DNA of 64,000 nucleotides from Capsulimonadaceae bacterium (GTDB lineage Bacteria; Armatimonadota; Armatimonadia; Armatimonadales; Capsulimonadaceae): NCBI GenBank assembly GCA_965215505.1, contig OZ244065.1, positions 576,001 to 640,000 of the forward strand, read 5' to 3'. Shown piece by piece: positions 45,511 to 56,115 of this stretch (position 1 is its first letter; each line of letters starts with the position of its first letter). The notes under the pieces were generated by a model. It saw only the letters and a program-made list of their open reading frames with translations, ran no database searches and was not told where the DNA came from. The position numbers and the translations under genes were made by a program.

Positions 45511-47446
45511 GTGTGTAGAGGGGATTGACTTCAAAGACCGGGCTTTTGGCTTGTCCCCTCCCGGCGCGCGGCTGCCCCCCCTTCTGCCGCAAGTAGCCGC
45601 GCTCACAGAGCAGTCTCAGGCCCGGTTCCAGGCCCTGCGGCGTGCCGACGTTCCGGTGCGCCTGGTGGCACTCGCGTAGGCTAAACTCCGTCAGACCCTT
45701 GCGCGCGATCCAGCCGAGGAGGCGCGTTGCGAGCGAGACGTTGGGGTCAACGCCCATACTCCCGAAAGCCGCGAGCGCATGGGCGATGAGGTAATCACCG
45801 ATGGCCCACGCCGCGAGGATGGTTTCCGGGCTGATCGGGATGTTCCACGGGCAGTCACGGCCCACGTTCTCCAGCAGGTGCAGGCCGCCCGCGATCCGTG
45901 CCACCGCGCCGGCCAGCTTGGAGGCCCAGTCTCGGACGCCGGCCAGATCTTCCCCAGGCCCCTGCCTCCTCTCCACCTCGTTCGCATATTCAGACCATCC
46001 GGCCAGCGCGTCACCCTCGATGTGAAGCAGGTGGCGCTCCCCAGGCGTCTCCGGGTTTTGGGAGCGGTGGAAGGTCAGGATGGCTTTGACCGCTCCCTCG
46101 TAGCGACGGCGGGCCTCCGCATCAATCGGACGGTTCTCATAGTAGCGAGTGCCAGCGAGATTTTCCGGCTGCGTGTAGAGGAACCGCCCGAGGAGGCCCC
46201 GGCCCCGAAAAGCGGGTGTGTCGGCGAACGACGATAAGACATCGGGCTGGACGGCGAGGAGCATCGTCAGGCAGGCGCTGGCGATGAAGACGGGCGGGCT
46301 TCCCTTCCGATCCACGCGAACCTCTTCGCCGGCATGGCCCTTCAGAACCACATCCAGGTTGGCCGTCCCGTTACTGTAGCGCCCTCCCAGCGTGGCGAAG
46401 AAGCCGCCTTCTGCCGAGGCCAAGGTGATCACCCCCTCTTGCTCGGCCATCACCCCCGCAAGCTGCTCAGGCGTCACATCATCCACGAGGAACTTAGGCA
46501 TGGGGGGGGCAGCCTGCGGGGGATTGTTGCGTAGGTCGTGCAACTCTTGCCGTGCTTTATCGGCGTTCTCCGGCTTGTCATTGTTGCCTTTGGCGACGAC
46601 CTCCTGCAAGTGGGCGACGCGCTTCTCGTGGGTCTTCTGCTGGTCCCGCGCCTCTTCAATCTCCGGGGCTTTCGCGATCACTTCATCTCTCTCCGCAGCA
46701 CGCAGCGGCGCGACCATGGCCTCAAGTGCCGCGCTCTTGCGCGCCCCCGGTTCCATGATGGACAGAACGAAGAGGTTCATCGGCTCGCTGTGCGTCTGCC
46801 CGAGCTGCACGCGGCAGGTTCGGGAGGCAGCCGCCGCAACGACCCCCAGGCCCAGCATGGCGGCCATGTCCACCGGGACCTGGACGGAGGCCGCGACTTC
46901 TGAGACGAAGTGCCCCACGACACGCGGCAGGACTTCCACCGGGAACGCGGGCGGCTGGTGGGCGCTGAACGGAATGGGAGGCTCCCAGCGGACAAAGGCG
47001 ACCGTCGCTCGGGTCAACCCGTTCTGGCTGTGCTGCACGGCGGCGAGCAGCTCCTTGTTTGCATCACAGGCTTCATGCTGAAGCTGCAAGGCGATGGCAA
47101 TCACCTCCCGCCGCTGTGACTTTTCCTTGACGATCTTCGCGTAATACTCGACGTTGGCCGCCGTGGGAACGGTATCGAAGAGGGCAGCGAGGTAGGCCAT
47201 GCCGCCGATGGCATCAAGTTGGCCCCGACTTTTCAACTCGTTCGGGACGGCCACCAGGTCAATCGGTTCGCCCTGGTCGGCAAGGAATGTGATGACATCA
47301 AAAAGGGTCTGGTGGTTCTCGCGGTAGAAGTCTTCCTTGCCGAGTATCTCGACAACTTTCTCGACGGCGGTACGCTCAATCAGCATCGCGCCCAGGGTGG
47401 ATTGCTCTGCTTCGATGGAATGCGGCGGCACGAAAGCATCTTGCAT
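45488..47446 (-). CDS. Replication protein: DnaB N-terminal domain fused to YfjI/DUF3987 P-loop domain
   Basis: PPHSIEAEQSTLGAML...GGMAYLAAL...PTAANVEYYAKIV; FPVEVLP, GARKS, DDVTPEQL, RGLLGRFL. Confidence 0.85.
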   Translation of the reverse strand: MQDAFVPPHSIEAEQSTLGAMLIERTAVEKVVEILGKEDFYRENHQTLFDVITFLADQGEPIDLVAVPNELKSRGQLDAIGGMAYLAALFDTVPTAANVEYYAKIVKEKSQRREVIAIALQLQHEACDANKELLAAVQHSQNGLTRATVAFVRWEPPIPFSAHQPPAFPVEVLPRVVGHFVSEVAASVQVPVDMAAMLGLGVVAAAASRTCRVQLGQTHSEPMNLFVLSIMEPGARKSAALEAMVAPLRAAERDEVIAKAPEIEEARDQQKTHEKRVAHLQEVVAKGNNDKPENADKARQELHDLRNNPPQAAPPMPKFLVDDVTPEQLAGVMAEQEGVITLASAEGGFFATLGGRYSNGTANLDVVLKGHAGEEVRVDRKGSPPVFIASACLTMLLAVQPDVLSSFADTPAFRGRGLLGRFLYTQPENLAGTRYYENRPIDAEARRRYEGAVKAILTFHRSQNPETPGERHLLHIEGDALAGWSEYANEVERRQGPGEDLAGVRDWASKLAGAVARIAGGLHLLENVGRDCPWNIPISPETILAAWAIGDYLIAHALAAFGSMGVDPNVSLATRLLGWIARKGLTEFSLRECHQAHRNVGTPQGLEPGLRLLCERGYLRQKGGQPRAGRGQAKSPVFEVNPLYTHTQNTHE

Positions 47447-47658
47447 CAGCGGCCCTCCTGCTGGTCACAGGCCAAGTCGCGCATGGCGTCCACGAAGATC
47501 ACCTTGCGGCGCAGGGCTGGGTTGAGGTGGGGACGGCCCTGCAACCATTCCAAGTACCAGCCGGGCAGGTCGCGGATCGGCTCGCCTCTGAAGCGGCCAA
47601 AGGGCATCACTTCGGGCAGCGGCGAGAAGCTACCTGCGTTTCTGAAACCGTGGTTCAT
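47446..47658 (-). CDS. Small protein with MPFG-x-F/Y-x-G motif (DUF3820-like)
   Basis: MPFGRFRGEPIRDLPGWYLEWL; coupled to the replication gene. Confidence 0.65.
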   Translation of the reverse strand: MNHGFRNAGSFSPLPEVMPFGRFRGEPIRDLPGWYLEWLQGRPHLNPALRRKVIFVDAMRDLACDQQEGR

Positions 47659-47758
47659 TGTCATCCTTTCGGCCAGGGTTGACAAGAGCGGCGGCAGTCC
47701 TCTACAATAGAGGCGTTGATGCTCCGCTCCGTTTCCCCCTGCCTCTGTCAGTGATCAG

Positions 47759-47980
47759 TCAGTGACTCGCCCTCGATGCTTTGCCCGGCATCGGGGGCGT
47801 GTCCGTTTCGGAATAGTCTTCGGGACACTCCTCGGCGTCCTCCGCTTCTTCGCCCTTCCCTTGCGCCCGCAACGCTTCGATCTGCCTGACCCGTGCCGCT
47901 TCCTCGGCCACGATCCCCCAGAAGGCGGACCAGGCGGGGTGCGGCACCGGTGCTTGGTTGTCGGTCTTGGGGAGAGGCAT
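47759..47980 (-). CDS. Hypothetical protein
   Basis: 73-aa ORF in the xis-rep operon. Confidence 0.5.
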   Translation of the reverse strand: MPLPKTDNQAPVPHPAWSAFWGIVAEEAARVRQIEALRAQGKGEEAEDAEECPEDYSETDTPPMPGKASRASH

Positions 47981-47984
47981 GGTT

Positions 47985-48206
47985 TTAGGCGGCGGCCTGT
48001 TGCGGCGAAACTGCCTGCCGGCGCACCCAGGCTTGCAGGTCATCGGGGGAGATGCGGACGGCCCCGCGAATGCGGACGACCGGGATCTCCCCGTCGTTGA
48101 TCAGCGTGTAGAGGAGGGACTTGCCGATGCCCAAGGACTCTGCTGCCTCGGGCACACGCAGCAGTATCCGCCCAACCCCTGTCCCTTCACTATTGCTTTT
48201 ATGCAT
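47985..48206 (-). CDS. Excisionase/AlpA-like HTH DNA-binding protein
   Basis: LLRVPEAAESLGIGKSLLYTLINDGEIPVVRI. Confidence 0.85.
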   Translation of the reverse strand: MHKSNSEGTGVGRILLRVPEAAESLGIGKSLLYTLINDGEIPVVRIRGAVRISPDDLQAWVRRQAVSPQQAAA

Positions 48207-48335
48207 GGCTTCACTCTCCGTTTCAGAACGTCGGCGTTCCGTTTCGGAACGTCACGAACAGTATAGGAGAAAGACGGGTATACTTCAATTCCGATAGCGG
48301 CCAACTTATCGGCCAATCGAAAGGGGTTCGCTAAG

Positions 48336-49316
48336 ATGTCAGAGCCAGAATTGTTCATCTCCCAGGACAGAGTTCTTGTAGAGTCATCTCTAGCAGGGGT
48401 GAAGGTTCGCGTTCCTGACGGTATGAAGCTGGAGCGAGATAATGCCGTACTCCAATGGAGCGGAGGCTATCACCTGAAATCCTACAGCCCGATGTGTTTG
48501 CAGCACTTCTTGACGCTTGCGGCGTCCGACCAGCCGCCGACGCCGAAGAAGGTAGAGGCTTTCGCCAAAAAGTGGGGTCCGCTCGTGAAGCCGGAAGAGG
48601 AAAGGTTGTCCGACCGTGGTGGCCTGACGTTCATTCGTGAGACGGTAGTGGTGCAGGGGGCAAACGGCAGCACGCACTTGACGAATGAGGAGCTAGAAGC
48701 GGCTGAGGATGCGGCCCTGAAGGAACACGCTGCGAGGGAGATATGCCAGGAGGAGAGGGACGCGAGGACAAAGGCAGAGCCACTTGTTTCTGTCGCGCGG
48801 CTGACCGTATGGACACGGCTAGCTCAGGAGATGTCGGCGATGATTGGCCTGACGCGGTATGTCCACAACAGGGACCCCTCGGCCCACGACCAAGAAGAAG
48901 CCCGCCGGCAGTGGTCATTGCTGGCAGGTGGCTCCTCGCGGTTCCCGCTGGAGGTCACAGGCACCGAGCGCGATGAGCGGATCAAACACTTTGTCAGTGA
49001 CATGGCATCCTCACTGCTTCAGGAAGTTCAATCCGGTATCGTGGTGAAGTGGGACGCGGCTTTTCCGCGCGTCAAACTCCTGGTCCCGAGTGCCAGGGCT
49101 TCGTCACTGTACGCGGCTCTGGTGTGGCAGCTTGTCGCCGTGGTCAGCAACCCGGAGCGAACATTCGTCTGCTTCTTCTGCCGCCGCCCGTCGTTCAAGC
49201 AAGGCAAGGAGAGGAGGGCGCGGAAGGGCCTCCCCGACAAATGCGTTGATCCCGACTGCGAGAAGAAAAGGAAGAGGATCAATGCACTCAACAGCAAGAA
49301 CAGCTCTTCCTCCTGA
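48336..49316 (+). CDS. Hypothetical protein with C-terminal four-Cys zinc finger (putative regulator)
   Basis: CFFC...CVDPDC followed by a basic tail; divergent from the xis-rep operon. Confidence 0.65.
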   Translation: MSEPELFISQDRVLVESSLAGVKVRVPDGMKLERDNAVLQWSGGYHLKSYSPMCLQHFLTLAASDQPPTPKKVEAFAKKWGPLVKPEEERLSDRGGLTFIRETVVVQGANGSTHLTNEELEAAEDAALKEHAAREICQEERDARTKAEPLVSVARLTVWTRLAQEMSAMIGLTRYVHNRDPSAHDQEEARRQWSLLAGGSSRFPLEVTGTERDERIKHFVSDMASSLLQEVQSGIVVKWDAAFPRVKLLVPSARASSLYAALVWQLVAVVSNPERTFVCFFCRRPSFKQGKERRARKGLPDKCVDPDCEKKRKRINALNSKNSSSS

Positions 49317-49377
49317 CTTCCCCTCTACCTAACCGACCACGCGCACACGCCGCCCGAGGCGGTGTAAGGCTTGGCGA

Positions 49378-49399
49378 AGGATACTGTACAGTGAATGGA
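49378..49399. other. Right attachment junction (element arm AGGATACTGTACAG plus core TGGA)
   Basis: Inverted partner of 32226-32239; DprA homology resumes immediately after TGGA. Confidence 0.88.
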
Positions 49400-49970
49400 T
49401 ATCCATTACCCGTCCGAGAACCGCCGCCTGTTCGACGAGATCGCCGACGGGCGCGGGGCAGTCCTGTCCGAGTTCCCGATGGGTACTGAGCCGAAGCCCT
49501 GGCATTTCCCCGCCCGCAACCGCCTCATCTCCGGCTGTTCCCTGGGCGTGCTGGTGATCGAAAGCCCCTTCGACAGCGGCTCACTCATCACGGCGCGCGA
49601 AGCGGGCGACCAGGGGCGGGACGTCTTCGCCATCCCCGGACCCATCGGGCTGGGCCACAACGCCGGCTGCCACAAGCTGATCCAGGACGGCGCGAAGCTC
49701 GTCGAAACCGTGGATGACATCCTGGGTGAACTCGGCGTTCTCACCCTGCGTGGGCCGGAAGAAGCGCCCATCTCGCGCGCTCCCGTCCCAGCCCTCCCGC
49801 CCGAGCAGCGCAAGGTGCTGGACCTGCTCACGCTACAGCCGCGCCAGATCGAGGGCCTGATCCACGAGTGCGGCCTGACGCCGCCCCAGGTCATGGGCAT
49901 CCTCACGCTGCTGGAAATGCGCGGACTGGCCAAGCGCGTGCCGGGGAATGCCTTCGTGCGGGTGCTGTAG
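49395..49970 (+). pseudogene. dprA: DprA, 3' part
   Basis: DIHYPSEN, LSEFP, FPARNRLISG, SGSLITA, GRDVFAIPG, LIQDGAKLV, C-terminal winged helix. Confidence 0.93.
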
Positions 49971-49983
49971 CCTGCGGCACGAC

Positions 49984-50016
49984 AAAAGGCGGCCCCCATC
50001 ATGGGGGCCGCCTTTT
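49984..50016. terminator. Bidirectional intrinsic terminator
   Basis: AAAAGGCGGCCCCCAT-C-ATGGGGGCCGCCTTTT. Confidence 0.8.
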
Positions 50017-50053
50017 CCGTCGCGGGTATGATTGGCGGCGCTCCGCCGGGCCG

Positions 50054-50905
50054 CTAGTCCTGCTTCGTGGACAGCCGGTTGCGGCGGAACACGAGCAGTC
50101 CCCCGGCTCCGAGCAGGAGCATCCCGCCGAAGGAGAGCAATGTGGAAGCCTCCGGGACGGGTGCCGGGGTGACGTTGGAGTTTGAACTGCCATGGTGGGT
50201 GGCGGCGATGCCGACCGCGCCCGCAGCCAGCGCGCCGAGAACGGCGGGCAGAGCATTGAACGCATGACCCGCCCCACTCAGGGGCACGGTCGGGAGAAGG
50301 TTCTGAAGGCTTCCCCCGACCTCAACAGTCGTCGGCGTCACGTCGGTGCTGGCCACCAGCACTGGGGCAGGCAGATCGCCGCCAGGCATCAAGCCGGGCA
50401 TGGGGGTCGCCTCGACCGGCACCGGTGCGGCAAGAGAGGCGAACTGCGCCGGTTTTGCGTTGCCGTTGTCGTCCGCCGTTTGCAGGCCCGGCGGCAGGGC
50501 GGAAACCATCGGGTTGCCGCAGGCAAGTCGGAGGATCGGCTGCCCGGTCGTGCGGGAGGCAAATACGGCGGTACCGCGCGGCAGTTTCGATTCGATCCAG
50601 AACTCGCGCCCATCGCGGGCGACGCACGCGACGCGGTAACGGCCCGGCTTCTGGAGATGCGTCAGCACCAGGTTCCGGCGGACGTACTGCGTGATCTGCG
50701 CTTCACTGATGTGGAAGTGGTTGGCGAGCCGCGCCCGGACGGCGGGGTCCAGGGTTACCTCCTGGGAAAGCTCCTGCACGGAGGCCACATGGTAGTTCAG
50801 GAAAGAGTTCGGCGGTACATAGGTGTGGCTCAGGCCGGGATGAGCCAGCGCGGGCGCGACTGTCATCGCGCAGAGTATCGGCAGGATGACGTATTTGATG
50901 GGCAT
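50054..50905 (-). CDS. Secreted protein with PEP-CTERM-like sorting signal
   Basis: Signal peptide; C-terminal VPEAST, TM helix and RRNR. Confidence 0.8.
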   Translation of the reverse strand: MPIKYVILPILCAMTVAPALAHPGLSHTYVPPNSFLNYHVASVQELSQEVTLDPAVRARLANHFHISEAQITQYVRRNLVLTHLQKPGRYRVACVARDGREFWIESKLPRGTAVFASRTTGQPILRLACGNPMVSALPPGLQTADDNGNAKPAQFASLAAPVPVEATPMPGLMPGGDLPAPVLVASTDVTPTTVEVGGSLQNLLPTVPLSGAGHAFNALPAVLGALAAGAVGIAATHHGSSNSNVTPAPVPEASTLLSFGGMLLLGAGGLLVFRRNRLSTKQD

Positions 50906-51153
50906 TCACTTCTCCCTGGGCTTGGGCTGTATGATCCTGATGCGATGACCAATCATGGCGGCAACGCGACAGCATATCATACCCCGACGATCGGATTTAT
51001 AATTGTATTTTGGCACGCACACTTGAAAATACGGTCATCTATCGGACGTAATATGTTCCTTGCAAGTTCCATGCCAAACGCGCGTTTCGCCGGGCGGTAA
51101 CAAAAAAGTCATTTGGGTGTTATAATGAGAGAACATTTGAGGAAAAGCACTTA

Positions 51154-53451
<2,298 letters not shown>

Positions 53452-53474
53452 CTTTCGGGAGATGATCTGAGTAC

Positions 53475-53831
53475 ATGTTAGCGCTGAATTTCTATACAGA
53501 CCTTTACGGTGAGGCATTGAAGAAGGGCCGCAAGTCGGCCACGATCCGGCTCGGGGACAAAAGCGATAAGTACCAGACCGGTCAGATCGTCTGGGTGACG
53601 GTCGGCCAGCGGTTCGCGCGGCGAAAGAAGATGTTCTGCGCCATCCTGGACGCCGTCGAGGTCAAACCGTGTGCCGAGCTTTCGCCTCGGGACGTCCAGC
53701 GCGAGAACCCGGAGATGCGAACGAAAGAGGAAGTCATGCAGCTCCTCGCCCGCATCTACGGGCGTGACGTCACCGACGAGGAGGTCTGCACGGTCATCTA
53801 CTTCTCGCCGGTAGACGAGTACGAGCTTTAA
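53475..53831 (+). CDS. ASCH-domain protein
   Basis: GRKSATIR (GxKxxTxR). Confidence 0.75.
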   Translation: MLALNFYTDLYGEALKKGRKSATIRLGDKSDKYQTGQIVWVTVGQRFARRKKMFCAILDAVEVKPCAELSPRDVQRENPEMRTKEEVMQLLARIYGRDVTDEEVCTVIYFSPVDEYEL

Positions 53832-53837
53832 AGCACC

Positions 53838-55145
53838 ATGTCTGAAGAGATCATTATCATCGGCGGCGGACTGGCCGGGAGCGAAGCCGCCTGGCAGGCG
53901 GCGAATGCGGGCGCGAAAGTGCGCCTGATCGAGATGCGCGGCGTCAAGCCGACTCCGGTGCATGTGGGAGACAGGCTGGCCGAGCTGGTCTGCTCGAACT
54001 CGCTGAAGTCCAACCTGCTGACCAACGCGGCGGGCCTGCTCAAAGAGGAGATGCGGCGGCTGGACTCGCTGATCGTCGCCGCCGGGGACGCCTCCAGCGT
54101 TCCCGCAGGCGAGGCGCTGGCCGTGGACCGGGAGCTGTTCGCCGCCTGCATCACCGGCAAGCTGGAGAGCCACCCGAACATCACCCTGGAGCGCGCCGAG
54201 GTGGCGACGATTGACGAAAGCCAGGTCCACATCGTCGCCACCGGCCCTCTGACTTCGGACGCCCTGGCAGCGGACGTGGGCAGGCTGACGGGCAAGTCGC
54301 AGCTCTTCTTTTACGATGCTGTTGCCCCCACCATAGACGCCTCGACGATCAACCGCGAGATCGCCTTCCCCGCCTCCCGCTATGACAAGGGCGACCCGGC
54401 TTACCTGAACTGCCCGTTCACGAAGGACGAGTACCAGGCTTTTTATGACGCGCTGATGGCGGCCGAGCTTGCCCCCTTGCAGGAGCATGAGTCGAAGGTG
54501 CCCTACTTTGAGGGCTGCCTGCCGATTGAAGTCCTGGCCGGGCGCGGCCCCAAGACCCTCTGCTTTGGGCCGATGAAGCCGGTGGGTCTGACCGACCCGC
54601 GCACCGGACGCTGGCCGTGGGCCTGTCTGCAATTGCGCCAGGAAAACCGGTCCGCCACCCTCTACTCCATGGTCGGGTTCCAGACGCGCATGAAGTGGGG
54701 CGACCAGAAGCGCGTCTTCCGGCTCATCCCCGGCCTGGAAAACGCCGAGTTCGTCCGCTACGGCGTCATCCACCGCAACACCTACATCCAGTCGCCCCAG
54801 GTGCTGGATGACACCTTGCAGATGCGCGCCTACCCGAACGTCTTTTTCGCCGGCCAGATCACCGGCGTCGAGGGCTACGTCGAATCCGCCGCGACGGGCA
54901 TTCTGGCGGGACGTAATGCTGCCCGGCACCTGCTGGGCCGGCCGCTGATCACCCTGCCGGACACGACGATGCTCGGCGCGCTCGCTGCCTATGTCGCCCA
55001 CTATGACGGCAAGGACTTCCAGCCGATGAACGCCAATTGGGGCATCGTGCCGCCGCTGCCGGAACGCGTCCGGGACAAGAAGGAGAAGAACGGCCTCCTC
55101 GCCGAGCGCGCCCTAGCCGCCCTGGAGGCCGCGCTCCCGTTGTAG
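53838..55145 (+). CDS. trmFO: Folate/FAD-dependent tRNA U54 methyltransferase
   Basis: GGGLAGSEAAWQ, AELVCSNS, YFEGCLPIE, AGQITGVEGY. Confidence 0.96.
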   Translation: MSEEIIIIGGGLAGSEAAWQAANAGAKVRLIEMRGVKPTPVHVGDRLAELVCSNSLKSNLLTNAAGLLKEEMRRLDSLIVAAGDASSVPAGEALAVDRELFAACITGKLESHPNITLERAEVATIDESQVHIVATGPLTSDALAADVGRLTGKSQLFFYDAVAPTIDASTINREIAFPASRYDKGDPAYLNCPFTKDEYQAFYDALMAAELAPLQEHESKVPYFEGCLPIEVLAGRGPKTLCFGPMKPVGLTDPRTGRWPWACLQLRQENRSATLYSMVGFQTRMKWGDQKRVFRLIPGLENAEFVRYGVIHRNTYIQSPQVLDDTLQMRAYPNVFFAGQITGVEGYVESAATGILAGRNAARHLLGRPLITLPDTTMLGALAAYVAHYDGKDFQPMNANWGIVPPLPERVRDKKEKNGLLAERALAALEAALPL

Positions 55146-55147
55146 GA

Positions 55148-56110
55148 ATGGCGCTGATGATCGAAATCTGCCGCGATGCCTTCCTGCACCACATGGCCGC
55201 GATCAAGGGCGCCTCGGCCCACACCGTCAAAGCCTACGCCGAAGACATCGGCCAGTTCATCGGGTTCGCGGAAACGCAGGGCGTGACTGACGTCCACGCG
55301 GTTGACCCCGCCCTGCTCCGGTCATTCCTCCTCCACCTGCAAACGCTCGGCCTCGCCCGCGCCTCCCGCGCCCGCAAGACCGCGACTCTGCGTTCCTTTT
55401 TTTCCTATCTCGCGCGGCAGTCCCTCCTCCCGCGTTCGCCCGCCCTCGGCCTCCGCAGCGTCAAGACGGAGCGGCGACTGCCTAAGTACCTGCGCTCGGA
55501 CGAGATGGAGGCACTGCTGGCTGCCCCCAGTGGCGAAACCGCCCTCGGCCTGCGTGACCGCGCCCTGCTGGAAACGCTCTACGCATCGGGGATGCGGGCG
55601 GGGGAGTTGGTGACACTTTGCCTGAGCGATGTAGAGTATGATGAGGGTGTTATCCGGGTCATCGGCAAAGGGGACAAGGAGCGTATGACCCTGCTGGGAC
55701 GGCAGGCCCTACTCGCCATCCAGCGGTACGTTCGCAAGGGCCGGCCCGAGTTGCTGCTGAAGGCGGAGCGTGATGACGGTGCCCTCTTCGTCAACCGCTA
55801 CGGCAAGCGGCTCTCGGACCGGGGGGTCCGCAAGCTGTTCGACCGCTACTGCGCCGCCGCCTCGACGCACCTCAAGGTCACGCCCCACGTCCTGCGCCAC
55901 ACCTTCGCCACCCACATGCTGTCCAACGGGGCCGACCTGCGGGTGATCCAGGAACTGCTCGGCCACGCCAGCCTCGTCACGACCCAGATGTATACGCACG
56001 TTTCCACGGAGCGGCTGCAAGAGGTCTACACGCAGGCGCACCCGCGCGCGAAGGAGGCCCCCACCCCCGCGCTCCGCGCGACCCCTCCCCCGCAAGCGGG
56101 AGAGGGGTAG
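55148..56110 (+). CDS. xerC: Tyrosine recombinase XerC
   Basis: RDRALLETLYASGMR, GKGDKER, HVLRHTFATH, LLGH, TTQMY; follows trmFO. Confidence 0.88.
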   Translation: MALMIEICRDAFLHHMAAIKGASAHTVKAYAEDIGQFIGFAETQGVTDVHAVDPALLRSFLLHLQTLGLARASRARKTATLRSFFSYLARQSLLPRSPALGLRSVKTERRLPKYLRSDEMEALLAAPSGETALGLRDRALLETLYASGMRAGELVTLCLSDVEYDEGVIRVIGKGDKERMTLLGRQALLAIQRYVRKGRPELLLKAERDDGALFVNRYGKRLSDRGVRKLFDRYCAAASTHLKVTPHVLRHTFATHMLSNGADLRVIQELLGHASLVTTQMYTHVSTERLQEVYTQAHPRAKEAPTPALRATPPPQAGEG

Positions 56111-56115
56111 AAATG

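Larger units (their letters stand above)
32216..49399. mobile_element. 17,180-bp serine-recombinase integrative element (satellite/IME-like) inserted in dprA
   Basis: Flanked by TGGA cores and 14-bp inverted arms; contains recombinase, xis-like and replication genes; dprA halves rejoin in frame. Confidence 0.92.

Noticed and set aside
32216-49399. Complete prophage or ICE
   Set aside because: No recognisable terminase, portal, capsid, tail, lysis, relaxase or T4SS genes.
55148-56110. Tyrosine recombinase as integrase of a second mobile element
   Set aside because: It sits in the conserved topA-trmFO-xerC housekeeping context with host-like composition.
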